In this document: positions 19,894 to 30,274 of the stretch, in pieces
How the letters are laid out: each line of letters opens with the position of its first letter
Position numbering within the stretch: position 1 is the first letter of the stretch
NCBI RefSeq assembly: GCF_000195855.1
Contig: NC_002677.1
Coordinates: forward strand, 2,130,001-2,162,000
Direction of reading: 5' to 3'
DNA from: Mycobacterium leprae TN
Lineage (GTDB): Bacteria > Actinomycetota > Actinomycetes > Mycobacteriales > Mycobacteriaceae
DNA length: 32,000 bases
Notes under the pieces: generated by a model
The model's input: only the letters and a program-made list of their open reading frames with translations
What the model was told of the DNA's origin: nothing
The model's database searches: none
Program-made: the position numbers and the translations under genes

Positions 19894-20625
19894 TTAAGCT
19901 GGAACGCCAAAAATTTCCATGGGAAAACATCCGACATGCAACACTTGACTGAACCGCCGTCAAAGCCTACTTCACGAAGCCGCGTAGCGAAATTTTTTGC
20001 AACAGAATGAAGAACAACGTGTAAACCATAGGACAGAATATTAATATTCCGAATATATAGGCGTCGACATTACCGAAAACAATGACGTCGGGAAACAGCG
20101 TGTACAGTGATCCTGCATAGCTGTACTGTACTCCGGAGGATAGAACACATTTGTGTGATAATCGAGAATCCCTAGTGCGGCATCTAAGTGATAGAAGCCG
20201 GGGCAACCAGTTCGAAGAAACTACCGGTTTCCCCAATGCCACGGAGATTTCGGCATGTGCGCTTCGGTAGGCGCGAAATCCATATCAAGCCAACACTATT
20301 TCTCCCATCAACAGTACCGTCTCCCTATCCCTCATTGACGCGACGAGCGGTCACCGGCTGATTGCATACTCGACTGCGAAATAGGTCAGCGGGGTCATCG
20401 CGTATCGACGAGATCGGGGCGTGTGACCGCGCTGCTCGGCAGCTTGCCATGTCAACGTTACTATGTTGAGAACAGGCGGTCTCGACATAGTAATCGGTCA
20501 TGAATTAACAATAATTTTGCCTTAATTGACAAGCAAAAAGACAACCATTATGTTCTCAGCGAATTCGTAGCGCATGATTTGAATTTGCGAGGATCATTAC
20601 CCAAAAGGATGGGTGCAAGGTTCCT

Positions 20626-21112
20626 ATGTTGGACCTCCTAGATAACACAGAAGAACGTATTCTCGCCAAGCTGGCCAAGCATGCGCGAACTACCTTTGCC
20701 GATATCAGACAGCAGGTGAATTTATCCGCACCGATAATCAAACGATGTGTCGATCGAATCCTTGACAAGGACATGACCAAGGATTTCACAACTAAAGTCA
20801 TCCGCAATACACTGGGCTGTAACACCGAGACCTAATAATACTCGGAGATTCTGCCATGGCAGGATTGCTTACGATCAGTTGCAGGCGGCGTGGGTTAATA
20901 TTCTCGCAGTTGGCAGCATCGCTGACGGTTACCGGAACCTCTGACGTCTTCCTCCACGTACTCGCCCGTAACATGCAGCACCTCGCGACAGCGCTCGAAC
21001 GCATCCTTTCAAGCGCTGGTATCGAGCACAGCGAAAGCGTCGCCGTTCTATCCAACGCATACGGACATAGCGTGCCGAGCGGCTGGTTGTCCAATCCATC
21101 CAGACGCGTCAA
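20626..21112 (+). pseudogene. Lrp/AsnC-family transcriptional regulator pseudogene (Rv2324-like)
   Basis: The HTH half reads MLDLLDNTEERILAKLAKHARTTFADIRQQVNLSAPIIKRCVDRI and ends at a stop at 20833-20835. The ligand-binding half continues in another frame (VTGTSDVFLHVLARNMQHLATALERILSSAGIEHSESVAVLS). The region is noticeably AT-enriched. Confidence 0.6.
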
Positions 21113-22379
21113 CCCAGATGCTGATGTGATTAGCCATATGCGATATAAGTAGTATTTCTTTCATATACCGAATTGGTCATAATGTGCTTAAGCTGCATCG
21201 GCAGGTACTGGAACAGATCATGCGGTATATGTCGGCCACCCACTTACGTTATGCGAAAAACTATCTTCTAGATTTACGGACTAAACGCGTAGACGTGATC
21301 TTGGGGTACGATCTTGATGACGACTGCAGCCAGCTTCATATTTGTGGTGTCGTCAATATAATCGATATTGGTATTGGTGAGATTGACGAGCGTTAGTTAC
21401 TTATTCGGTAAGTAGACCGCCACGGTTTCGTTACCGGGCAAAGTGCCGTTGCGCACGATCTATACAGCAACGTTACAAATTCCTAACCAATATCGGATCC
21501 TCATTGACACACTGGCTCATACACAGTCTCCGGCCGTTGCCGTTGCATCTCCGTACTGAAAAGCTTGCCGATGGTGGAACAGCGACCGTCCAAGCATGCC
21601 AGTCTTCGAGCGTGAAAATCATCTCCCTGGTGACCCAAGTTGAGGACGGATCCCAGTCGGTTTCCGTGGTCTATGCACCGTTGACAGTTAAGATGGCTTA
21701 GCCCTGAGCGTGTGGTTCCGAAAACCCGTTCGTTATAGAAAAATCACGATAAGCGGTGTGATGATGCGTTAACGCAGATAGTCGCACCACGACTATCTGC
21801 TGACCTTTTCCACCACCAGACCCAACAGAATAATATCGGCGTTTAAGTCGTGAGATGTCTCTCCGGCAACTGTGCGAATGCGTATCCGAGCAGCTCCCGA
21901 GGACTGAAGCGGCGATGCAGATCAGCGAAATATGCTTGCCTAAAAGCTTGATTGTTGGCGCATTTATACAGTTCACTTTGCATCCGTGTCGACTGTAGCA
22001 AGGTAATCCAGTCTTCCAACAAGGATACCATCGACATACTTCACGATCGAATCGTCGATGTGGATCATCGCCTGGTCGGCAAACTGCGGCAACGCCATCA
22101 CGGTAAAGGTCTTTGTTTCGCTGCGAATTCGGCTGCAGAAATCTGCATTCATCACAGCACCGGCTGCTTTATAAGAAACCTGAAACGCTCGAATATATTC
22201 GACCTTGCTGCCGCTATAAACCCACGATAGCACCTGGGATCAATGCCGTTCGCTGGTTTGGCCACCGCTGCTTCCCTTGAACTGCAGGTTGCTGTCTTGT
22301 GTCTGTGGCGGTGAGTTGTTCGGTTGGTTTCATAGGTGGTGGGTGAAATGGCTGTTTTTGCGTTTTATGACTGGCCGAT

Positions 22380-22924
22380 ATGTTCGGTAGTCGTGGGGGG
22401 CAGCCCGGAATCCTGTTGACGTGTTTTGCTGTGTTGCGGGGTTTTTGTTGGTGGGTGGCTGACTGCCTGCTTTCGATGAGGCTTCGTGTGCTTTGCCGCA
22501 GTGGACACGATTAGCGCGGCGCACGTAAGCATGTCGGTGGTGGATGCTGCTTGGTCTACATGTTGATGATGCCAGGGGCTGGGCACCTGGGCTGTGCTGA
22601 AGGCGATATCGATGCAGGCGTGAGTGTGAGGATAGTTGTTAGCGCCGCGGGGTAGGGGCGTTTTAGTGTGCATGTCATGGCCTTGAGGTGTCGGCGTGGT
22701 CAATGTGGCCGCACCTGAACAGGCACGTCCCCGTGCACGGTATAACTATTCGCACCTGATGTTATCCCTTGCACCATTTCTGCCGCTGGTATCGGTGTCG
22801 GCGGCTTGTTGACCGGCCCTCAGCCAGCAAGCAGGCATGCCGCCGGGTGCAGCAGTATCGTGTTAGTGAACAGTGCATCGATGATCCGGCCGTCGGCGGC
22901 ACATACGGCAACCTTCTAGCGCAG
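22380..22924 (+). mobile_element. RLEP dispersed repeat of M. leprae (core); outer boundaries uncertain
   Basis: It contains exact matches to RLEP PCR oligonucleotides as I recall them. LP1 tgcatgtcatggccttgagg lies near 22669. The reverse complement of LP2, ttctgccgctggtatcggtg, lies near 22778. The qPCR set gcagtatcgtgttagtgaa / tcgatgatccggccgtcggcg / catacggcaaccttctagcg lies at about 22852-22921. The left end is defined by loss of identity with the copy at 5324. The span of 545 bp agrees with the invariant core size I recall from the original description. Confidence 0.9.
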
Positions 22925-22925
22925 A

Positions 22926-24480
22926 TCAACCACCCACACCCCACCAGCCCACCACAACACCACCACCCAAGGCCTCAATCACCCCAACAATGCCCCGTCC
23001 GATGCTGACTCGCACAGGTCGCTGCGGTGCTGTGGCCCGTGTGTCGAACTCATTGGCGTGGTCGGCAACATCCAATGCACATTCATAGGTCACCGCATAT
23101 TCGAACTCCGCCTGAGTCACGTCAATGCCATCGATAACCAGCTCGGTCGGCCGTGTGCAAGTCGCAGTGGCGATGACGTTGTAAGCCTCAGCCCTATAAC
23201 GTTGTGCCAGCGACCTCGACACGCCGACGCCCGGCCCCATGCTGCAGCCAACAACGCGGCCCGGGGTTGGCCAGTATTCCGATCAGCGGTAAATCGCGGG
23301 TCCGACAATTTGCGGCGGGCAGGTGCCACAGGCGGATGACGTGATCCAGCACGTCCCTTGCCGTGTAGCGATATTCGGTCAGCTTGCCGCCTATCGCGCT
23401 GATCACGTCGAAGGGCAACTCGACCACAGCGTAGTCTCGCGACACATCTGCGCTGCGGCCTTCGCAGGTGTCGATCAACGGCCGCAAACCAACGTAGGAA
23501 CCGATGACATCAGTAATCCGTAACGCCGCCCCCAACGCAGTGTTCACTGTGTCCAACAGAAACGTGATCTCCTCTAAGAAGGATTCGCAGTACATTGGGA
23601 ATCGGTCCTGGAGCCGCTTCATCGGTCAACCCAGAGAAGACTGGATTAACTGTTCGGGCATGTGAACACGAAGCGGTTGAGCCCACCAGGAATCGGAATT
23701 GTCAACGCTGCAGTCGGATTGGCGAACAATCTAGCATCAAAGATAAGGCTTGTCCCAAAGCTAGGCCGCAACTTCAGCGATGGGTTCTCGCCCGTCCACA
23801 CCCCGACAGCATTGATGACGGCAATTACCGACACCTCGAACAACTATCCGGCGAGCTAGTCAGTCAACCGCACCGAGTTTCCAGTGGCCTTTTGGATGCC
23901 GGCCACGTAGGTGAAAATTCTGGCGCCATGTTGCGCCGCGGTGCACGCGACCGCGATAACTAGCCGGGCCTCATCGAGCAATTGCCCGTCGTAGGCTAGC
24001 AATTCACCGTCAAGCCCGTCACATCGAACCGCAGGAGCCATATCCACGACACACTATGCCTAACCCTGCATAATAGCGGCAGCGTCGACGGCGGTGTGCC
24101 CGTAAGAATCCGCGACGCGTCGCCGTCGAAAAATCCAGCATGCACTAGTGCTCGCGTAGTGTGCCCCATCGACGGCAGCAACGGAATCAGCGGCAGCATC
24201 GCGTCACGAGATTAGGGGACGTTGCATGTCATGAAGATTCCGTGCTCGACGGCGCTGCGCCGGATGATTCCCACGTTGCCGGCCACCAGATGACATAGAC
24301 TCTATGATCCAGTTTAGAACTTCAATGGCTGGTGCCAAAACGCCAGAGCATGTTTTCCGCCAGCGCTACCCGAAGCCCGCGCGACGCGACATCGAGAGCA
24401 ATCCCGACGCTGGTAAGATCGTCACGGATCACGATGACGTCGGGCCGGTCGCTGTCAGCGAGTGCTTGCAGTTCGATCAC
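22926..24480 (-). pseudogene. glpD: Glycerol-3-phosphate dehydrogenase pseudogene (glpD1/Rv2249c-like)
   Basis: Minus fragments read RPDVIVIRDDLTSVGIALDVASRGLRVALAE...GTSH(stop)SSKLDH, which is a degraded FAD dinucleotide fold. Further fragments read EEITFLLDTVNTALGAALRITDVIGSYVGLRPL...SAIGGKLTEYRYTARD, and the C-terminal QAEFEYAVTYECALDVAD. The span of about 1.55 kb fits a protein of about 516 aa. There are several stops and frameshifts. Confidence 0.7.
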
Positions 24481-24539
24481 GCGACGTTGAGCACCGTCAA
24501 TTTAGTCATCAGGACAGGTACCCGTTCAGCGAGTAGATG

Positions 24540-25110
24540 AATTCGGCGGCCAGCGCATCGACATCAAAATCGGCCACAACCTGCTCCGACTGAATGGTCA
24601 ACTGAGCGATCAGCAACACCATCGTGGCCATCCTGTTAGGAGTCGCCGGCGCGTACGCTGCCGTGCCGCTGGGCCACCCGCAACCGTTCTGCAAGAGCGT
24701 CGATCAATATCTGCTGACTAGCCCCCAAGCTTTCGTTGATGTGGATCTGCACCAGCTCCTAGTGCATCATCAACATAACCAGTCTGTCCTGACACAGCAG
24801 ATTGGCGACTGTAACGATCCGATGCACAAGCGATTCGCGATCGTCGTCGAATAATGGCGCGTCGCGCATCACGTCGGTGATGCGCGTGGTCAGCAGCGCC
24901 ACCATAATCGACCGAGTATCAGGCAATCACCAGTATACCGTTGGCCTGCGCACACCCGCACGCCGTGCTATCCGGCAAGGACCGCCCTGTCCACGCCGAA
25001 ATCAACGACACATCTGGCCACAGTACCCGCTCCGCGGTATCCAGCGAAGCATTCTTAAAATTGATAGCATATGTAAAATGCAATAACACGTGATCCATGT
25101 TGAGCAACTC
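24540..25110 (-). pseudogene. TetR-family regulator remnant (Rv2250c-like)
   Basis: Minus ORF 24919-25245 contains RRKSELLNMDHVLLHFTYAINFKNASLDTAERVLWPDVSLISAW. This has the spacing of a TetR N-terminal HTH. A stop follows at 24919 and downstream frames are broken. The call is weak. Confidence 0.35.
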
Positions 25111-25332
25111 ACTTTTCCGCCGATGAAATGGAACGCATGAGGAGATCCGGCCACAACCAAACCACTTGCCGAGGGGAATCCGGTCTTTGCTGAAGCAAAC
25201 CTTGAACCTAGCGGAACGAGAAGAGACTGAGCTCGAGCCCGACAAGGTGAAGCTACGCCTAGCCGCATTATCGAAATGCAGATCACGATGCGCTAGTCAG
25301 GATCATGGGCGTCGATTGCTGCCGCACTTCCG

Positions 25333-26724
25333 ATGCGTGACAGGTTGTTGGACACCGACGGTAAGTCCACCCCGGACATGTTGCGGCGAAAGGACACCGG
25401 AGTCCAAGATGCATCCGACGCGGTGTTGCTGCCCAGCAGCCCCAGAGGTGAAGACACCGTCACCGTCATTTTGGATTACTGTTCTAAGCACGGCATCGCA
25501 GTCATCCCGTGCGGAGGTGGCACCAACATCGTCGGTGAGCTCAACTCATCCCACGTCACGTTCGATGCCGTAGTTTCCCTGGGTTTGCGGCGTTTCAATC
25601 AGCTGCTCGCCCTAGATGAGGTATAAGGCACAGCCAAGTTATGCACCGATGTCATTGGACCGGAAGCCGCATCAGCTTGACGAACACAGTTTCTCGCTCG
25701 GACACATCCCACAAAACTTTGAATTCGCCACTATCAGAGGCTTCGCGGCGACCCGGTCGTCCCGCCAGGACTCGACTGGCTACGACCGGTTCAACGACAT
25801 GATTCTTGGGTTACGGATAATCACCCGGTTGGCACGCTGGTGCTGGGCGGCGCGCCCACCTCGGCCGCGAGTCCGGATCTGCGGCAACTAATGCCATAGG
25901 CTCCAAGGGCACCCTTAGACGTCATAGCCCAGGTATGGTGGTGCATGCATCGCACGCCGCAGGGCGTCCATTACGAAGCATGGTCGTTCTCCAATTTCAA
26001 GACCGGGGTTACCGCGCTGCGGACGGTCCTTGACAATGGCCACCGTTACCATCGTTATTCGGCTCTCTGAGGAGGCCAAGACAAGGGCCAATCTCGTCAC
26101 CAACAAGTCAATCGGCGAAAACCAAATCACTAACAACTGCTTGGTCATCACCGTGTTCGAAGGCATCAAGGAACGCGTCGAGAGCCAGCAGACCAAAAGC
26201 AGTGCGCTGCTGGCCGGCCCAGAGCGGCACATCGTTGAGAGAGGGGCTGGCACAGAACTGAGAAAGCGGCCGATTCGCCGTGCCATACCTGCACCTGCGC
26301 TACACTCTGCTAGCCGCAAGAGTGCTCTGCGAGCCGCTCGAGAACGCCACCGTATGGTCCAACATGCCCGCGCTTAAGGCCACAGTCACCGACGCGCTGA
26401 CCACCTCGTTAACCACACCGGGAGCAACGGCTCTGGTGATGTGTCACGTGTCGCACGTCTACCCCAGCGGTGATTAACTGTACTGCACAGTCGTCGCCAA
26501 GCAGCGGAACAATCCGATCTAGCAGTGGCGGACCTCCAAGAAGACCGCTTTGGATGCGATCCGGCCTCCGGAGGAGGCATAACCCACCACCGTGCGGTCC
26601 GCACCGACCACCGACCCTGGATGCACGATAGGGGGTCGGCTATATGAGTGTACAGGTGTTGCGTGCGGTCAAGATGGCGTTGGATCCGGACGAAATTCTC
26701 AATACCGGCAAACTGATTCTGTGA
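25333..26724 (+). pseudogene. FAD-linked oxidase (PCMH-type, Rv2251-like) pseudogene
   Basis: The N-terminal part reads EDTVTVILDYCSKHGIAVIPCGGGTNIVGELN, the FAD-binding domain. It is followed by a stop at 25624-25626, then fragments in other frames. The conserved C-terminal tail VQVLRAVKMALDPDEILNTGKLIL ends at 26722-26724. Confidence 0.6.
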
Positions 26725-26739
26725 CCCAATTACGCCAGC

Positions 26740-27692
26740 GCGAAATCGCCCATGTGACCGTGCTGACCAGTCCCCTGTCGAGGCATGGCAGTGCAATAGA
26801 AGCGGCACGACGCGCGATCACCCGGCTGCAGTAGCACGACTTAGAAGTCGTGGAAATCATCGGTGATGATGCTGAAGATGCACAGTATCTCGTCTACGCG
26901 GCACTCGAGAAGGGCACCGAAGCAATCATAGTGACGGGCGGTGACGGCTTCATCTCCAACACACTGCAGGTCCTGGCAGGCAACGACATTCCGCTGGGAA
27001 TCATCCCAGCTGTAACCGGTAACTATCATGCTCGTTAATCCGGAATTTCCACAAAGGATCCCGAAACTGCTGCCAACATCATCGTTGCCGGCTGGACAGA
27101 AACCGTTGACTTGGTTAGGATTTTAGTGTCGCCAGGTACGCAAAAAGTGGGTCAAGTGGTTCGGCAGTGTAGTGGTAACTGGATTCAATTCCCTAGTGAC
27201 CGATCGCTCCAACTGAATACGCTAGCCACACGGACGATTGCGCTGCTATCTGGTGATAGCAGCCGAACTGTCGTAGCTGCGACTCTATGCGTTATCGGTC
27301 GATCCTCGACGAAACCAGGAGCCAGGGAAGTCGAGTGCGATATCGTGTTCGCGGCCTTCGGCAATACCCTCAGTTATGGCGGGGGGACTGCTGATCTGTC
27401 CCAACGCCGATCACAGCGACGGCCTGCTCGACATCACCATGGTGAAAGAAGCATCCCGGACCAAGCTGATCCGCTTATCCCCCATTGTAATAAAAGTAAT
27501 AAAAGGCATCCATATTACCTCGATGGGGTCAGCACGGAACGTGCCAAGTCAATCCACGTTAAGTGCCCCGGAATCCACGCCTATGCCGACGGCGATTTCG
27601 CGTGCCTGCTCCCCGCCGAAATCTCCGTGGTCGCCGGTGCTCTGCAAATTTTTCGTCCACACCAACCACCCGTTATCCGACCCCACGGCTGA
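26740..27692 (+). pseudogene. dagK: Diacylglycerol/lipid kinase (DAGK catalytic domain, Rv2252-like) pseudogene
   Basis: Fragments read HVTVLTSPLSRHGSAIEAARRAITRLQ(stop) and EIIGDDAEDAQYLVYAALEKGTEAIIVTGGDGFISNTLQVLAGNDIPLGIIPAVTGNYHAR(stop), which is the GGDG motif. A later fragment in a third frame reads DGLLDITMVKEASRTKLIRL...VVAGALQIF. Confidence 0.6.
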
Positions 27693-28185
27693 GCCAGGTC
27701 ACCTCACCGACGTCACCGCCGTCACGATACACTTCGAGCGCGTCGTCCCACGCCGTTCCCAGTACCGAATCCAGTTCGGCGGCAAGTGTGTCGGCACCGT
27801 GAGCCATCATCGCCCGCAGTCGCATCTCCCCGACCATGATGTCACCGTTGGCACTCATCGACCCGCTCCACAACCCTAGCTGCGGTGTGTGACTGAACCG
27901 CTGACCGTCGACTCCGGGGCTGGGATCCTCGGTGACCTCGAACCGCAACACCGACCACGAACGCAACGCGTTGGCCAACCTGGCGCCGGTACCCACCGGT
28001 CCGGTCCAGTTGGTGACCGCACGCAGCTGCCCCGGCATCGCCGGCTGCGGTGTCCACACCAAGTTCGCCTTAGTCTGCAGGGTCGACGACAATGCCCACT
28101 CGACATGCGGGCATACTGCCGCGGGTGAGGCGTGGACATACACCACACCCGCCGTGGCGTCAGCGAATTGATTCGACGCACGCAT
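27673..28185 (-). CDS. Conserved actinobacterial protein of the DUF3145 family (Rv2256c-like), 170 aa
   Basis: The ORF is intact: MRASNQFADATAGVVYVHASPAAVCPHVEWALSSTL...LRFEVTEDPSPGVDGQRFSHTPQLG. A strong aaggag lies about 7 nt upstream of the ATG on the minus strand. The 3' end overlaps the dagK remnant by 20 nt. Confidence 0.8.
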   Translation of the reverse strand: MRASNQFADATAGVVYVHASPAAVCPHVEWALSSTLQTKANLVWTPQPAMPGQLRAVTNWTGPVGTGARLANALRSWSVLRFEVTEDPSPGVDGQRFSHTPQLGLWSGSMSANGDIMVGEMRLRAMMAHGADTLAAELDSVLGTAWDDALEVYRDGGDVGEVTWLSRGVG

Positions 28186-28323
28186 CTGCTACTCCTTCGG
28201 TTCCACGAGGGACGTCTTCCCCAACGACCTGGTGAACCCGAAGAACAAGATACTTGCCGGTATTTGTGTGTCTTGCGTGCCTATTGTGCCTTGTGAGACC
28301 CGTGTTGCGCTAGTCTGCAATCT

Positions 28324-29145
28324 CTATCGGGCGTACTCGGATATTACGGCGTCGGAAATCGCCGGCCACAGCTGCAGTGCCCACTCACCGAAATCGCGGT
28401 CCGTGAGGACCACCAATGCTAGCTCCGCCTCCGGATCTGCCCAGATAAAACCGCCTGATTGACCGAAATGGCCGTATGTTCGGGCGGAGTTGAGGGTGCC
28501 GGTCCAATGCGGTAATTTTGAATTCTTGATCTCATAGCCTAGTCCCCAATCGTTGGGACGCTGCACACCGTGCCCGGGCAGGACGCCATCCAAGTCGGGG
28601 AATTGCACAGACGTGGCTTCCGCGTGAATTTGCGCCGAGACCGTCGCAGGACGCAGCAAGTCATTAGCGAATGCGGCCAGATCGGCCACGGTCGAGGTGG
28701 CCCCAAACCCGGCAGCCCACGTACCATCCTCTAGCTTGGTGGCTGTCATCGCCAGTGGCTCCAACACCGCCTCGGTGAGGTAACGGCTGAATCCAATCCC
28801 CGCCTCCCGCTGCACAGTCTCGGCCAGCACCCTAAAGCCGTAATTCGAATAAATCCGACGGGTGCCGGGCGGAGCCATCACGTACTTGGAGTGCATCGCC
28901 AAGCCTGATGCATGCGCCAGTAGATGGCGGATCGTGGAGCCAGGCGGACCGGCCACGGTATCGAGGTCGACAACCCCTTCCTCGATGGCGATTTGCACGG
29001 CGCGGGCCACCAGTGGTTTGGTGACTGAGGCCAGCGGGAACACCTGCTCGGTGTCGCCGCGAGCGGCTAACACGCCGGTGGGTCCGACCACCGCGGCAGC
29101 GGTAGTCGGAACCGGCCAGTCATCAAGTGCGTCCAGAGCTACCAT
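28324..29145 (-). CDS. Beta-lactamase-fold serine hydrolase / esterase (Rv2257c-like), 273 aa
   Basis: It carries the S-x-x-K nucleophile motif (ASVTKPLVA), a Y-x-N motif (IYSNYGF) and GHFGQSGG. I place the start at ATG 29145 (MVALDALDDWPV...). The first 61 codons of the 334-aa track ORF belong to the upstream methyltransferase remnant. Confidence 0.75.
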   Translation of the reverse strand: MVALDALDDWPVPTTAAAVVGPTGVLAARGDTEQVFPLASVTKPLVARAVQIAIEEGVVDLDTVAGPPGSTIRHLLAHASGLAMHSKYVMAPPGTRRIYSNYGFRVLAETVQREAGIGFSRYLTEAVLEPLAMTATKLEDGTWAAGFGATSTVADLAAFANDLLRPATVSAQIHAEATSVQFPDLDGVLPGHGVQRPNDWGLGYEIKNSKLPHWTGTLNSARTYGHFGQSGGFIWADPEAELALVVLTDRDFGEWALQLWPAISDAVISEYAR

Positions 29146-30241
29146 TAAGTTAGGCGGGGTAACTTTGTGGCGATGTAAATGTATGTAGTTGTTGATCGGG
29201 TCGGACTCGATATCGACCACCCGCACGTCGTCCAATCCCGCGTCGCCGAACATCGTGGTGGCCAGCCACCTTCCCCACACCGCATCCAATCCGGGGCACC
29301 CTGTAGCGCCAAGGACACCGTCATGCAATGCATCAGCGAGGCCGTATACAGATAAATGCTCATCAGGACATCGACATTGTCTTCGAGCTGGCTTGACACC
29401 TTGATGCTGGCCATTAGGAGCACATCGCCGGGTCGCAGGGCTTGATAAATATTTTCCAGCACCCGCACCGGCTGTGCATGATCGTGACTAGCGTCAAAAA
29501 CGGTGATGACGTCATAGGCGGCAGCCTTATCTAACCGGGCCAGATTGTGGCTCTCAAAGGTCACTGTTCCTAGACCGAGTCGATCCTCCTCCGCGGTGTG
29601 GATCGCAACGGCCTCATTGGAAAAATCGATGCCGATGAACCAGCTCGCGGGAAAAGCTCGTACCAACACATTGACCACATGACCACTGCCGCAATCGAAA
29701 TCGGCGACGCCGGCTCCAGACCGCAAGCGTTCCGGAAGGCCGTTGGCCAACGGTAGCACCACATCGACAAACGCTGCATCAAACATCGCACCGCTCATCT
29801 CAGCCATCAACGAGTAGAAGCGCGGAAACTCGCTGTAGGGCCCGCCAACGTCGTCGCAGAAACCCCCGATGAATTGCTGTTCAAACCCGCTGAACAGCGG
29901 AATGAACTGAGCCACCGAGGCGAGATTGTTTGTCCCGGTCGCCCACACCAGCACGGCCACGCGGTGTACTGATAACGAGTAAGTCCCGGTCTCGGCGTAG
30001 TAGTCGACGACATGCCCTGTGGTCATGTCACCCAACCACTCCCGGACGTAGCGCTCGTTGAGCCCGGCGACGTACGCGATCTGGGTGCTGGTGACGAGCG
30101 AAAGCCCGACCATCGTTTCCAGCAAAGCGGTTTTAATGTCCGACGCTCATGAACAGTGCCAGTCTGGCGTTGTTCATGAGCGTCGGACATCCTCTCGATG
30201 AATGCTTCGGTGGTTGCGAAGCCGGTCTCGGGCGCCGTCAT
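29145..30241 (-). pseudogene. SAM-dependent methyltransferase with N-terminal wHTH (Rv2258c-like), disrupted by an insertion and frameshifts
   Basis: From ATG 30241 the frame reads [21 protein letters not shown], then enters the palindrome and changes frame. The body (track ORF 29145-30125) reads [33 protein letters not shown]...[13 protein letters not shown]...LRPGDVLL. The conserved tail [36 protein letters not shown] lies in a different frame from about 29300 to about 29175. Confidence 0.65.
30136..30190. repeat. 55-nt near-perfect palindrome centred on 30163 (20-bp perfect outer arms, 5-bp inner arms)
   Basis: I verified the pairing position by position. 30136-30155 (atgtccgacgctcatgaaca) pairs with 30171-30190. 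The inner arm gccag (30158-30162) pairs with ctggc (30164-30168). Only the two pairs 30156/30170 and 30157/30169 are non-Watson-Crick, and both would be G:U in RNA. Confidence 0.9.
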
Positions 30242-30274
30242 ACTAAGCAACGCTACAACCGTAGGTTGGACACC

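Noticed and set aside
28324-29328. The full 334-aa ORF as a single protein
   Set aside because: The first 61 residues match the tail of the upstream methyltransferase family, not a hydrolase. An internal ATG at 29145 gives a 273-aa product of the size expected for this hydrolase and sits in a TAATG coupling junction.
30136-30190. The 55-nt palindrome as a shared operator in a divergent methyltransferase-mscR promoter
   Set aside because: I did not favour this because an upstream in-frame ATG (30241) and N-terminal sequence place the element inside former coding sequence. Removal of exactly 35 nt restores the frame. It remains an alternative and is listed under would_refute in the corresponding finding.
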